Source: Octopus vulgaris
Taxonomy: Eukaryota
Assembly: GCA_951406725.2 (NCBI GenBank)
Contig: OX597825.1
Span: forward strand, 62,620,001 to 62,684,000
Length of the DNA: 64,000 nucleotides
Reading direction: 5' to 3'
The notes beneath the pieces are model-generated. The model had not been told where the DNA came from. It ran no database searches and saw nothing but the letters and a program-made list of their open reading frames with translations. The number at the start of each line of letters is the position of its first letter. Position 1 is the first letter of the stretch. The translations under genes and the position numbers were made by a program. Shown in pieces: positions 12,621 to 25,630 of this stretch.

Positions 12621-13481
12621 CATAAATAGATATGCATATATACATATATATATTTCAGAGGCGTATACTTCAGGTGACTTATGTGTGCACTGCATACCCA
12701 TCGAAAATAGCAAATTCATTATAAATACTAACCTTACTCATTAATTTCATAACAAATCTCAATGGGAAACTTTTGTTATACACCTGCTTGAAATTTGGGG
12801 GCATTGGGTGTGGCACCACACTGAATACAATGACCACTATATACCACTGATATCGTTATATATATAGTTATATATATTATATACATGTGTGTATATATGT
12901 GTACATATCTGTATAAACATGTATGCATAGATGCATAGGTATAAATGTTTATGCATATATATAGTATATATACACACATGCATACATACTAACATACATG
13001 TATAGTTATTACCATGTGAAATTTGGCAAGTACTTGCATCTCCAAGACGAAAATATTTTAATGACCACACAAGAATTATTCCATTAATCTAATAATTAGC
13101 AATGTTTATTTACTAAACAAACAAACAATTAAAAAAAATTAAATTTAGATTCCATAATGATAATTGCAAAATGATAGCAAACTTCCATATTCAATTAATA
13201 GATGATATAAATATTTTGGTTGGAATATGAAACAACAAGAGTGTTAATTACAGATTGCATTCAATAAATGCAGTTCTGTTGATGTGATCATTAAACAGTC
13301 TCCTCTTCTTGTTCTCTACAGTGAGTTATTCAGAATATATGTGAACATTTACTTAGATGAAGACATGAACTTGTGGTAAGGAGTTCACTTAAAGCTATGC
13401 TGTTTAGTTTCCTATACCACTGCATAGACTGGTCTTAGCTGACCAATGTTATGTGAACGAATTTAGGTTTACAGGATTTTG

Positions 13482-13716
13482 AAGGTAGCGAGCTGGCAGA
13501 AACATTAGCACGCCGTGCGAAATGCTTATCAGTATTTCGTCTGCTGTTATATTCTGAGTTCAAATTCTGCCGAGGTTGACTTTACCTTTCATCCTTTTGG
13601 GGTGGATAAATTAAGTACCAGTTACACACTGGGGTCAATTTAATCGACTTAATCCCTTTATCTGTCCTTGTTTGTCCCCTCTATGCTTAGCCCCTTGTGG
13701 GCAGTAAAGAAATAAG
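13482..13716 (+). mobile_element. SINE family B, full-length
   Basis: Runs from the head aaggtagcgagctggcagaaac through the core to the tail ccccttgtgggcagtaaagaaata. Confidence 0.88.
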
Positions 13717-13755
13717 AATTAGGAAGATGCACACACACACAAATAAATAAATAAA

Positions 13756-13810
<55 letters not shown>

Positions 13811-15788
13811 GAGTGAGAGAGCAGTGCATGCCATCAAAGTGACACTGGGGTACAAATATACGAAGCCCAGGATATACATCATGACTACCCATCTGATAAG
13901 GGTACACCAGGCACATGCATCACAACCATATGTGCACGACATGGTGATCTCATATCAAGATAAACAGTACATGACCTTGCAGGTGGGGCCCAGTTAGAAT
14001 TTTCTTTTGGTCAAGTAGCCCATCCTGCTCAAAAGGTTCCTGAATAAGGATTGCTTAAGGATGTTGAACGAACCAGCCATGTTTCCTAAGGTGAATTATC
14101 CAAACCTCTAAGAATTCCTTTCAACACACGGCTATGATGCTCCCCCACTACTTCTGCTCATGATCAGAGATGTTCATATCGTCAGCCACTAAGGGACATG
14201 CTCAACTGGTTAAGTTATTGGTTTCAAATGCATATTGAGCTTTCTTCCTCTATCACTGATCTGCAAGCCATGTGTGTGTTTCATCTTTGTTTTCTGATGC
14301 ACATCGTGCATTTGGTTGGTGTTTGTTTTGTGATGGTCTTTTATCATGAGACATTTTTTTGATAATAAGTTGTAGTGAAATGAAAGTACAGATGACGTGT
14401 GACAATCAGTAAGTAATAGTGAAATTAATTTACAAATGCTGAATGGTGTCAGTGTTTTTGCTGAAATTCCAACTCTATATTACAGGAATGCAGGGCAAGG
14501 CATTGTGTGGTTGTCTTTTTGTTGGCATATCAATGATTTTCGTTTTGCTGTGAATTTGTGTCTGTGTGCATACGGCTTCACTGTCAGATTGTCTCTGCTT
14601 ATTCGAAAGAAATTTGTATATTTGTATCTGAATGGAGAAGTTAGAAAAAAGGTATAGCTGAAACATGAATGAATATATATATGTGTGTGTGTGTGTGCGT
14701 GCGTGTTTAGAGAAAACGAATGTGAGAGACAGATTAAAAAATTGCGGTGCCATTTCTTCAAAGTTCTGCTCTGCTGCTGGAAGTGTGAAAAACACCCACA
14801 CTTATAATTTTCTTTTATTTTTCCTTTCTCTTCACCTTTTACTTGTTTCAGTCATAAAGATTGTGGCCACGCTGGGGCACCACCTTGAAAAAATTTTAGT
14901 TGGATGTATTGACACTAGAGTGTCTTTTTTTTTAATTTTTACTTATGCCAGTCATTAGACAAAGAGAGACATTGACCATGTTTAATTGTGCAGAACCGAC
15001 CATTCTTGAATAAATAAATGAATAAATAAATATGGTGTGGTGGTTGTCATTGTCTTGAACGCTGACCATTCTCACCAGAGGACAATTTCAAGCCAAATAG
15101 AAAGACAGAAAGTTAAATAGAGAGAGAGAGAGAAAGAAAAAGAGAGATTGAAAGTTGTCGCTTCTTTGAAAATTTTGGCACTGTAGCTCTGGTCACACCA
15201 TCATCATCATTATCATCACCATAGTTAAAGCATAAAAGTGGACAAAACACCCATGCTTATAAATGAAATGGTGTCTCAATTATGTTCTGTGGAACAAACA
15301 GACAAACGGATAGAATTACTCTGAGCTTAGGCTCGAAACGTAAAAGATTTTCTCAGCTTCCCAAGTGTTAAACTAATACACCTGTTTATTGTTTATACAC
15401 CTGTCTTCGTCTTTTCTTTTTCTGATACAATTGAGTGGGCAAACAAAAATATGAGACACTGCCTTGAAAAATTTTTGTCGAGTGAATCAACTCCAGTGCT
15501 TTTTTTTACTTTGATAAGCCTGGTACTAATTCTGTCGGTCTCTTCTTGTTGAACCAGTAAGTTATGGGGGTGTAAATAAACCAACACCAGTTATCAAGCA
15601 GTGATGAGGGAGAAATACAGACACAAAGATGCATACATAAACTTACATGTATACATAAATATTTAATGAATTTTTCTTACAGTTTCTGTCTACTAAATCC
15701 ACTCACAAGGCTTTGGTTGGTCTGAGACTATAGGAGAAGACACGTGCCAAGTTACCTCACAGTGGAACCAATTAGAATGAGAACTCCA

Positions 15789-15910
15789 AATCAGACTTTT
15801 GGCTCACATCAGACTTTTAGCTCATATCAGACTTTTCGCTCATATCAGACTTTTCGCTCATATCAGACTTTTGACTCATATCAGACTTTTGGCCCATTTC
15901 AGACTTTTGG
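15789..15910 (+). repeat. 18-bp tandem repeat (~6.5 copies, catatcagacttttcgct)
   Basis: Directly visible; abuts the Helitron helicase fragment. Confidence 0.95.
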
Positions 15911-16659
15911 AACTGGGTATGGGAAGCATTCAGCAAGACAGTAATCGAGGCATCACATTTCCAAATGGCTGTGGCATTTTGGTCAATACTGTAGAAGAGT
16001 CAATTACCAGGGTTTACCCAAACATAGGACATAATTTTCAAGAACATGATTGACTTTGTGAAAAAGCCATACTTGCATCAAAGAATGAAACTGACCAGGA
16101 TTGTCAGTTGGAAACTTACACAATCAATGAATAACGAGGGAAAAAATTCATTTCTCACTTGATTCTGTGGTGGACCCCAAGGAGGCAGTGAATTATCCTA
16201 CTGAATTTCTTAACTCTTTGGATCCTCCTGAAATGCCTTCTCACAAACTGACATAAAAGAAAGGAGTTCCAACCATGCTTTTGCAAAAAATGGATCTTCC
16301 AAAGTTGTGCAATGGAACAAGCCAGATTGTCAGGCAAATGCATCCACATCTTTTGGAAGCAACAATCCTCACTGGAAAAGGAAAGGGAGAAAATGTTTAT
16401 TCCAAGAATTCCACTGATTCCAATAGACATGACCTTTGAATTCAAGAGACTTCAATTTCCAGTGAGAGTTAGTTCTGCAATGTCAGTTAACAAGTGTCAA
16501 GGACAATCACTGAAAAGCATTGGACTTCACCTCATGCAGCAGTACTTTTCCCATGGTCAGCGCCATACTGATTGTTCCAGAGTTGGAAATGGCAACAATC
16601 TCTTCATACTCACAACAAATAGAAAAACCGAGAATGTTGTTTATCCTGCTGCTTTATAG
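15900..16659 (+). pseudogene. Helitron RepHel PIF1-like helicase C-terminal remnant
   Basis: Translates, with stops and frameshifts, to [71 protein letters not shown] and FSHGQ..CSRV. These are typical Helitron/PIF1 motifs. Confidence 0.92.
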
Positions 16660-16879
16660 TGATCTCCAAATGTAACAGTAATACAAAATTGTTTGTTGGG
16701 AGTGGTTAGTAAAATATACATAGTAGTAATTGAAAATAGTAATGAGGTGTTGGTGGCTCACTGGAGGTGGGTAGTGCTTACCTTGTGTGTTCCGCTGACA
16801 AAGAGGGAAAAAGGGTAAGAATTACGTTGTCCCTTTCCATTCAGCCAACACTATCGAACCTGGTTAACATCTGACATGA

Positions 16880-16910
<31 letters not shown>

Positions 16911-18600
16911 AAGAGAGAGGGGGATGAAGGTAGTTATGTAGGGTATGGCAAGGAAGTAAGTCAAACCTAAAATAAAATACTGACCCATCAGTGACCAGCA
17001 GGGTCCTAGGAGATCAAATGTTTTTCATTAATTTCTCAGCATGAAGATAAATCACAACAGTCGTTAGATAAGCAAAAGTGTGTAAATTCAGTTTTGAATC
17101 TAAGTTAGGCAGAGCTAAGAGAGCCCCAACATTATTTTCTTTCATTCTCTCACTTTGGTTCTCTCTTCCAAAATTCTCTCCTTATTCACTCTGTTAGTCA
17201 TCATGCCTCTACTTAACGAAGACTAAGATTGAAAAGGCATATTAGTCTTGATAGGGACAAGAGAGACTTTCTACTGGATGCATGAGGATATATGCACTGG
17301 AAAGAGGGTTGAGTCAGGAAAAACATCTAGTCATACAAGCAACTCCCAAAAGAAGATCCCTGGAGATCAATTACTAAAAATATAGATGACATAACAAGCC
17401 TTGACTATAAGGATTGCTTCAAAAAGCTCAGGCTTTACTCCCTCCAGTGCCACCATGAGTGCTATATCATCTGTATGATGTGGAAAACATTCCATCAGCA
17501 TTGCCCAGATGATATAGGAATCATCTTTAAAATTCATCCGAGGCTTGGCCCCCATGCCATTGGTCCACTACAGAAATCATATTTGTATCATATCACAACA
17601 TTATAACAGAACTATTTCACCTCAACTGATCCTGCTCTCTTGAAAATCGTGCCACCCCTGGCTTCTTGTGCCTCACTACACATGCATACACTCTCTTATT
17701 ATCTCCTTCATAACACAGTTTTACTTTGTCACTTCACTCATAGTGTTTTCCTATTCAACCTCATTATCAGCAATCAACATGTAAATGTCTACCCTCAACA
17801 AATACCAGACAAACCACCTACACCCAGATATGTCTTTGAAAATAATAACTCTCTGCTCGAATGGGCTAAGGTGCCCAAGAGATGACTGTGTATCTCTTCC
17901 AGGTGGTGCTATTAAATTAGACATGACCTGAGCCAACTTTGGCCGAAACTTATCTAAGTAATCTAATCTAAGAATGAACAGACCAGACATGGTTTCCAGT
18001 CTGGCTTGGAAGCAGTTACTACAAATAAAAACTGACATGACTTTGAAGTTTCATCAAACACACTCCTTCATGGAAAAGCAGATATGTGACAAAGATGATG
18101 TCAGCAATAATGATGATCACAATAATGATGATGATAATAACGATGATGGCATTTATAAAGAAAGCAATAATGTTGATGACATTGGTAATGTATATATGAT
18201 GGCACTAATGACAATAATGATGCTGATGGTTATGATGATGATCATCATCATGATGATGATCATCATGATCATGACGATAATGATGATAACGACAAAGATG
18301 ATGATAATGGTGACTGTATTATTTATTTCCCTATCAGTTTATCCCTAAAGTACGGAGAACGTTATGCTGAAACAACATAACATGCAGTTTGCTAACAAAT
18401 GCACAAACAACAAATGGAAGAACTTCTGCTGAAGTCTTCTTATCAAGGAAAAACTCAAAGAATTTTTATTTCCAAACATAGACAATAATACTTCTTTTAC
18501 AGAGATACATGCATAGTTTATATATATATTTGTATAAATGAATAAATAAATAAATAAATGTATGCTGTCTGTGTGTGCATGTGCCTGTGTGTGCAGCTAC

Positions 18601-18645
<45 letters not shown>

Positions 18646-18739
18646 TATATAATATTTAGACATATATATGTATTTATATATGTATATATATATATATTAT
18701 TTATATATATGTATATATATATATATGTATGAATATATG

Positions 18740-18787
<48 letters not shown>

Positions 18788-18819
18788 TATGCGTGTGCAC
18801 ATAAAGACATATATATATT

Positions 18820-18856
<37 letters not shown>

Positions 18857-19668
18857 CTGTGTACACGCGCATAATTCTTATACTTGGTTTCAGATTTAGA
18901 TTTTAATTTTTTTCCCCCTTTACATTTTTCTAAATCTATTTCTATTTAAATTATTTTTATCAGAATTTACATGGCGAACTAATTTTTGTACTAAGAGAAC
19001 TTTTTACTATTTTATATAGATTTATACATACATACATACATACATATATATATATATATTGCCGAAAGGATTTTGATGAACGTTTCTTGTCTAAACAAGC
19101 ATTTTTCTATCATATATCTTTAAATGTTATCAAATCCATGATTGGATAAGATAGCTATATCCCGTGGATGATTTTTGCTTCAGTTGCTTTGTCTTAACTA
19201 TTTTATTTTGTTTACATATCTTTGCACTCCATATTCATTTGGCTTCAACAGAGGCAATCTGCTATAGAAGGTGGAATCACAGAGGTATAAAAACTAAATT
19301 AAAATTATACAAACATTGAGTACACTTTCTTTGACTTTCTACATATTGCTTACACTAAAATTATTGATTTCTCTCTTCTTTGTGTTTCTGTTTGTTTTTT
19401 TTTTTGCTTCTTTTATTTATTTATTTTTTTTCAATCACAAATTATTTTTCAAAAATAATTTTGTTTGACATTTTTCATGTTTTATGTTATACATGTCAGA
19501 AGTTATATCAAAGTTTTAGGTTTGACACTCATATACTGTAACTTAATTTAATTTCTGTAACTTCAGGACTTGTTGGAAGATGAGAAATATAACTTAGTAC
19601 TAAGAAAATATTTGCTGCTTAATATTGATGATAATCTAGAGTAAATTACAGTCATTGGTTACTCTCTC

Positions 19669-20122
19669 TTACTCTCTTTCACTCTCTTTTATTTGTTTCA
19701 GTCATTTGACTGTGGCCATGCTGGAGCACCACCTTTTGTTGAGCAAATCAACCCCAGGACTTATTCTTTGTAAGCCTAGTACTTATTCTATCGGTCTCTT
19801 TTGCCGAACTACTAGGTTACAGGGATGTAAACACACCAGCATCAGTTGTCAAGTGATGTTGGGGGGACAAACACAGATACACAAACATACACACACACGT
19901 GCGCGCGCACACACACACACACACATGTGCGCGTGCACATATATATATATACATATATACGACGGGCTTCTTTCAGTTTCCATCTACCAAATCCACTCAC
20001 AATGATTTGGTCGGCCTGAGGCTATAGTAGGAGACACTTGTCCAATGTGCCATGCAGTGGGACTGAACCCGGAACCATGTGGTTGGTAAGCAAGCTACTT
20101 ATCACACAGCCACTATTACGCC
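19669..20122 (-). mobile_element. SINE family A, full-length
   Basis: Reverse complement of the family A consensus: tRNA-like head, internal (CA)/(TA) tract and gtaaaaga tail. Confidence 0.9.
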
Positions 20123-20811
20123 TATACTCAGTCGTCGTCATCATCATCATCATCATCATCATTATCATCATCTTTGTTGTCATCATCATCATTATTACCA
20201 TTGTCATCAGGGTGGTAAGCTGGCAGAGTCATTAACACACTAGTCAAAATACTTAGCAGCATTTCGTCTGTCTTTCTTTTGTGAGTTTATAATCTGCAAT
20301 GGTCAACTGGGCTTTTCACCATTTCAGGGTCAATAAAATAAATACTAGTTGAGTACTGCAGTCAATGTAATCAACTTAGCCCATCCCTGAAATTGCTGAC
20401 CATTTGCCAAAATTTGAAGCAAATATTGCCTTTGTCATTATCTATATAATTCTTTAACATCCATTTTCCATATTAGCATGGGTTGAGTGGTTGAATTGGA
20501 TCCAGTCAGACCAACAAATGCCTTGTGCTCCTATGTCTGTGAAGTTATGGTTCCTACAGCTGGATGCCTTTCCTAATTCCTACCACTTTGTAGAGAGGAG
20601 TGAGTGTTTTTACATGGCACCAGCACTAGTGCGGTAATCATGAAGCTTGTAAGACTAAAAATTCCTGAATGAGACTACTTTAAATGAACAGACAACTTTA
20701 CATGAGGAGATGAGAATAAAAACTTGAAAGAAGGGACCTTGCATAACAGAACCAGATCCATATTCTTGTTCTGTTGATTAGCTACATGCTACTCATATAA
20801 TAGAGGCAAGA

Positions 20812-21290
20812 TTGAGATTAACAGCAGTAGAGCTGAAAGAAGAGATTATCTGCAGTAGAGCTGAAAGAAGAGATTATCTGCAGTAGGGCTGAAAGAAGAG
20901 ATTAACTGCAGTAGAGCTGAAAGAAGAGATTAACTGCAGTAGAGCTGAAAGAAGAGATTAACTGCAGTAGAGCTGAAAGAAGAGATTAACTGCAGTAGGA
21001 CTGAAAGAAGAGATTAACTGCAGTTAAGCTGAAAGAAGAGATTAACTGCAGTAGAGCTGAAAGAAGAGATTAACTGCAGTAGAGCTGAAAGAAGAGATTA
21101 ACTGCAGTAGGGCTGAAAGAAGAGATTAACTGCAGTAGAGCTAAAAGAAGAGATTAATTGCTGTAGAGCTGAAAGAAGAGATTAACTGCAGTTAAGCTGA
21201 AAGATGAGATTAACTGCAGCAGAGCTGAAAGAAGAGATTAACTGCAGTAGAGCTGAAAGAAGAGATTAACTGCAGTTGAGCTGAAAGAAA
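20812..21290 (+). repeat. 28-bp minisatellite (~17 copies, ctgaaagaagagattaactgcagtagag)
   Basis: Period of 28 read directly (for example 21001 and 21029); no spacers between units. Confidence 0.97.
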
Positions 21291-21519
21291 AGATAAAATA
21301 ACAATGATAAGGCTTCATGGTGAACTCTCAAGGTATAAATTGAGTAGAAGTGAGAGGGGACAGAAGAACAATTAATGTATAATGAGAAGAGGATGCATAT
21401 GGTTGGAGTTGAGGAATGGGTGAGAGGATGAGGGTGTGAGTGTGTGTTAGGAAAAAGAAAGGAAATATATCTATAATTTACAGCATTTAAAAAAAGTGAT
21501 GCAATGTATGCCTTAAATG

Positions 21520-21880
21520 CACCACCCCCATCAACTCCTCTTTGTAAAGTTGACTTCAGGCACCAACCAGACCATGTGGAGTCCTCAAATGTTTTTCTGA
21601 GATCAGCTTAAGTCCATTCTCTTCCACTGCTCTATTGAGCCAAATATCTGGGAGACAATCACAATAGACTGCCTAAAGTGGTGGCATGTCATTGTGAAAG
21701 GAATGGACCAGATGTCAAGAGCCAGAGATGAGATGTCAAAAGACACTAAGAGCAACTCACACTTCCTCATCCCCTGTTAACCCACCCCTGTGATAAATGT
21801 ACCCACCTCTTCTATACTGCCCTTGACCCAAACAGCCACCTCAGGCACCAGCACCCTTTGCACTCATCAGGATGAAGAGG
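21520..21880 (+). mobile_element. Degenerate RTE-clade LINE C-terminal fragment
   Basis: DQLKSILFHCSIEPNIWETITIDCLKWWHVIVKG is followed by the C2H2-like HPCDKC..SHLRHQH, typical of RTE ORF ends. Confidence 0.65.
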
Positions 21881-22485
21881 CACAAACACTTGCTACGGAT
21901 TAACTACTCGGATATGAATTAATACTGCTACCGACTGATCCGTTTAGTTTGTGTTTGTCATAAAAATGGTTTAATTTTTTTTAAAGTGTAGAGTAATTAT
22001 TAAGCTATGTATTCAAATGATAACAATTCGGATACCATATTTAGATTCTAGTACTAAATATATCTTTATATCCATGTCAACAACTGAAAATTAATCTTTT
22101 ACATAATTTCTGTCATTTCTTGACAGCTAAAGAAGAAAAGAATGAGAATTTACTCCAAAGAAAAATTGAATAAGGAGAGAACGATGAGGAATTAGAGTTG
22201 AAGCAAAGAATGGGTAAGCTGAAACAATTTATAATTTCATAACTCAGAAGATTTTCATTGAATTTGTTTCTAAAAATAGTGTTGGTTTTTAGATGATTCT
22301 TGGAGACAGACATGATTATAATATCAAAATAAATAAATAAAATATTAAAATGCAGTCCACATATTGCTTATAAAGACATCTGAAGAATAAGATTACCAAA
22401 CGTACTCTTTCCTAAAATTTATGTCCATTGTTTATGGAATCGACAAAAATTCACTTTCCATCAGAAATACACACATGCACCCATT

Positions 22486-22519
<34 letters not shown>

Positions 22520-23275
22520 ATATACATATATATAAAAACATAATTCAAATGTCTTTAGTGATCAGTAAACAACAATTTGCCAAAAGTTTTATAATTTCAT
22601 CCAGCTCTAAGGCAGCAAGCTGGCAGAATCATTAGCACCCTGGACAAAGTGCTTAGCAACATTTCATCCATCTTCAAGTTCTGTGTTCAAATTCCACTGT
22701 AGACTGAGTTTACCTTTTAATCTTTTGAGGTCAATGAAATAAGTACCAGTTAAGCACTTTCTTCACCTTTTTCAAGCCTACCCAGGCTCATGGCCCTGGT
22801 TTCCCAGTTTCTGTGGTGTATGTGTTCCCCCCCAGCTTGACGGGACACCAGTCCATTGCAGCGTTACTCAAGAAACAGAAAGAGGGAGTGAGAGAAAGTT
22901 GTGGCAAAAGAGTACAATAGGGGTCACCACCACACCCTGTCGGAGCCTCGTGGAGCTTTTAGGGGTTTTCGCTCAATAAACACACACAACGCCCGCTCTG
23001 GGAATCGAAACTGCAATCCTCCAACCCAGTTAAGCACTGGGCTTCTTGTAATTAGCTATCCCTCTCCTCTACTTTCAGGTATATACTTCTAGTAAAAAGG
23101 ATCATTTTATCCTGGTTCTCTCCAAAGTTGGTAAAATAAAATACCAGATATCTACTGGGATTGATGGTATTGCCATCCCTTCCCTCAAAATTGCTGACAT
23201 TCTGCCTTAATCTTTACATTCTAAGTTCAAATTCAACTGGGGTCAACCTTGCCTTTCATCCCTCTGGCATTCTAT

Positions 23276-23488
23276 TCAGCTGTATAGTTACTGCCCTTGT
23301 TTGTCAGCAACAACTATTAGCCATGTATTTTTCGTTTGTCACTGTTATTTATGACATTGTTCGTGCTTTTGTACTGGTTTTAGCTTTAAGGTTTTAGGGT
23401 TAGGGTTAGTATTAAGGTTTTAAGGTTAGGGCTGGGGTTTCATAGTTAGGGTCGTAATAAATAACAGTGACAAACGAAATATACACCA
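23276..23488 (+). mobile_element. Internal segment of the 25631-26317 fold-back element inserted in a SINE B
   Basis: Homologous to about 25870-26090; flanked by a duplicated ctggcattctat. Confidence 0.75.
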
Positions 23489-23922
23489 CTGGCATTCTAT
23501 AAAATAAAATGCCAGTCAAGTACTGGGTTTGAGGATATTGACTAATAGCCTCGTCTCAAAATTGCTTGCCTTGTGCTTAAATTAGAAACCATTATTATAT
23601 CCGGCTCAAGAATCCAGTCAACAGTTACAGCAATCACAATGTGTTCTCCAAATGTACTTCAACTAATTAGGCTTTACTGTATTACAATATCTGTATTACA
23701 AGCTGGCAGAAACGTTAGCATGCCAGGAGAAATGCTTAGTGGTACTTCGCCTGTCTTTATGTTCTTAGTTCAAATTCCGCTGAGGCCAACTTTGTCTTTT
23801 ATTCTTTCAGGGTCGATAAATTAAGTACCAGTTATGCACTGGGGTCAACCTAATCAACTGGTCCCACTCCCCAAAATTTTAGGCCTTGTGCCTAGAGTAG
23901 AAAAGAATATCTGCATAATATA

Positions 23923-24168
23923 TACTCTTTACTCTTTGACTTTTTTACTTGTTTCAGTCATTTGACTGTGGCCATGCTGGAGCGCCGCCTTCAGTCAAGC
24001 AAATCGATCCCAGGACTTATTCTTTGGAAGCCTAGTACTTATTCTATTGGTCTCTTTTGCTGAACTGCTAAGTTGCGGGGACGTAAACACATCAGCATCG
24101 GTTGTCAAGTGATGTTGGTGGGGTGGGGACAAACACAGACACACAAACATGCACACACACACATACAT

Positions 24169-24221
<53 letters not shown>

Positions 24222-24383
24222 TATGACGGGCTTCTATCAGTTTCCGTCTACCAAATCCACTCACAAGGCTTTGGTCGGCTCGAAGCTATAGTAAAAGACA
24301 CTTGCCCAAGGTGCCACACAGTGGGACTGAACCCAGAACTATGTGGTTGGTAAGGAAGCTACTTACCACACAGCCACTCCTAC
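23923..24383 (-). mobile_element. SINE family A, full-length
   Basis: Matches the other family A copies end to end. Confidence 0.9.
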
Positions 24384-24974
24384 ATCTATATATATGCTGG
24401 TATTTTGTTTTGTTTATTATATTGTTGCTATTGCTAACTCAAATAAAACAATTTCCTAATTCCATTTCATTTCCCTACTTTCTGCTTTTACTTTCCATTA
24501 TTACAACACCACTTAGCTTTATCCAGTTAGATTCACATTATATTGGTTTCAAAATTTTTGCAACGAGGTCAGTAATTTGTGGGCAGGGGGAAAGTTGATT
24601 ACACTGACCCCAGTGTTCAACTGATATTTATTTCATTGACCCCAGAAAAGATGAAAGGCAAAGCTGATCTTGGTAGAATTTTAACTCAGAATGTAAAGGG
24701 TTGACAAAATGTCGTTAAACATTTTGCCTAGCGTGCTAATGTTTCTGTCAGCCATATTGAAACATGAAGCAATGATATTTTTGCCAAGCTTTACCTAAAG
24801 CTAGTCACTACAGTCTGTTTGGATACTACGTCTTAAGACTGACTCTAAATTATTTCATTGTAGTTGAATGGATAAGCTATATTTGCAGAGAGATTTTATT
24901 AAACTAATGATTAAACCTGTAGATATTCAATGCTTACATCACCATTATTTTAGCATCTATTATATTAGAATATA

Positions 24975-25365
24975 GTGGAGGCGCAATGGCCCAGTGGTTA
25001 GGGCAGCAGACTCGTGGTCATAGGATTGCGGTTTCGATTCCCAGACCGGGCGTTGTGAGTGTTTATTGAGCGAAAACACCTAAAGCTCCACGAGGCTCCA
25101 ACAGGGGATGGTGGTGATCCCTGCTGTACTCTTTCACCACAACTTTCTCTCACTCTTACTTCCTGTTTCTGTTGTACCTGTATTTCAAAGGGCCGGCCTT
25201 GTCACTCTCTGTGTCATGCTGAATATCCCCGAGAACTACGTTAAGGGTACACGTGTCTGTGGAGTGCTCAGCCACTTACACGTTAATTTCACAAGCAGGC
25301 TGTTCCGTTGATTCGGATCAACCAGAACCCTCGTCGTCGTAACCGACGGAGTGCTTCCAATCCAA
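24975..25365 (+). mobile_element. SINE family C, full-length
   Basis: A-box-like tggcccagtgg and B-box-like ggtttcgattcc; body shared with 7110-7397; short tccaa repeat tail. Confidence 0.88.
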
Positions 25366-25630
25366 TTAGAATATATTTCGTGGGTCATTAGTTTTGAATG
25401 TTACTATCCTTCCTGTATCATAATCTCTGGTAATATATCTTCATATATATAGTGTTCTATATTCTTAAGCATCTCTTGCTACTGTTCCGTACCTGTCATT
25501 ATCAGCAAGTAATACTTTCCTCAGAATTATCAATATTCATTTATATCACAAGTCCATTCCAGCACATATTTTCCTCTCCAGCAAGCAAGCATGCAAGAAT
25601 CATAACATGATACTGGAATCTTTACCTTTT

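Noticed and set aside
16982-17010. Helitron 3' terminus (gaccc...gggtc-CTAG)
   Set aside because: The stem is short with a long loop, directly abuts CTAG, and is followed by G rather than T.
19070-19115. Additional hammerhead (cuugu/acaag stem followed by AAACGUU, minus strand)
   Set aside because: No NUGANNA junction could be placed.
20812-21290. CRISPR-like array (28-bp repeats)
   Set aside because: The units are contiguous with no unique spacers, there are no cas genes, and the context is eukaryotic.
24975-25055. tRNA gene
   Set aside because: A and B boxes are present, but the sequence continues into a multi-copy SINE body and I could not form a full cloverleaf.
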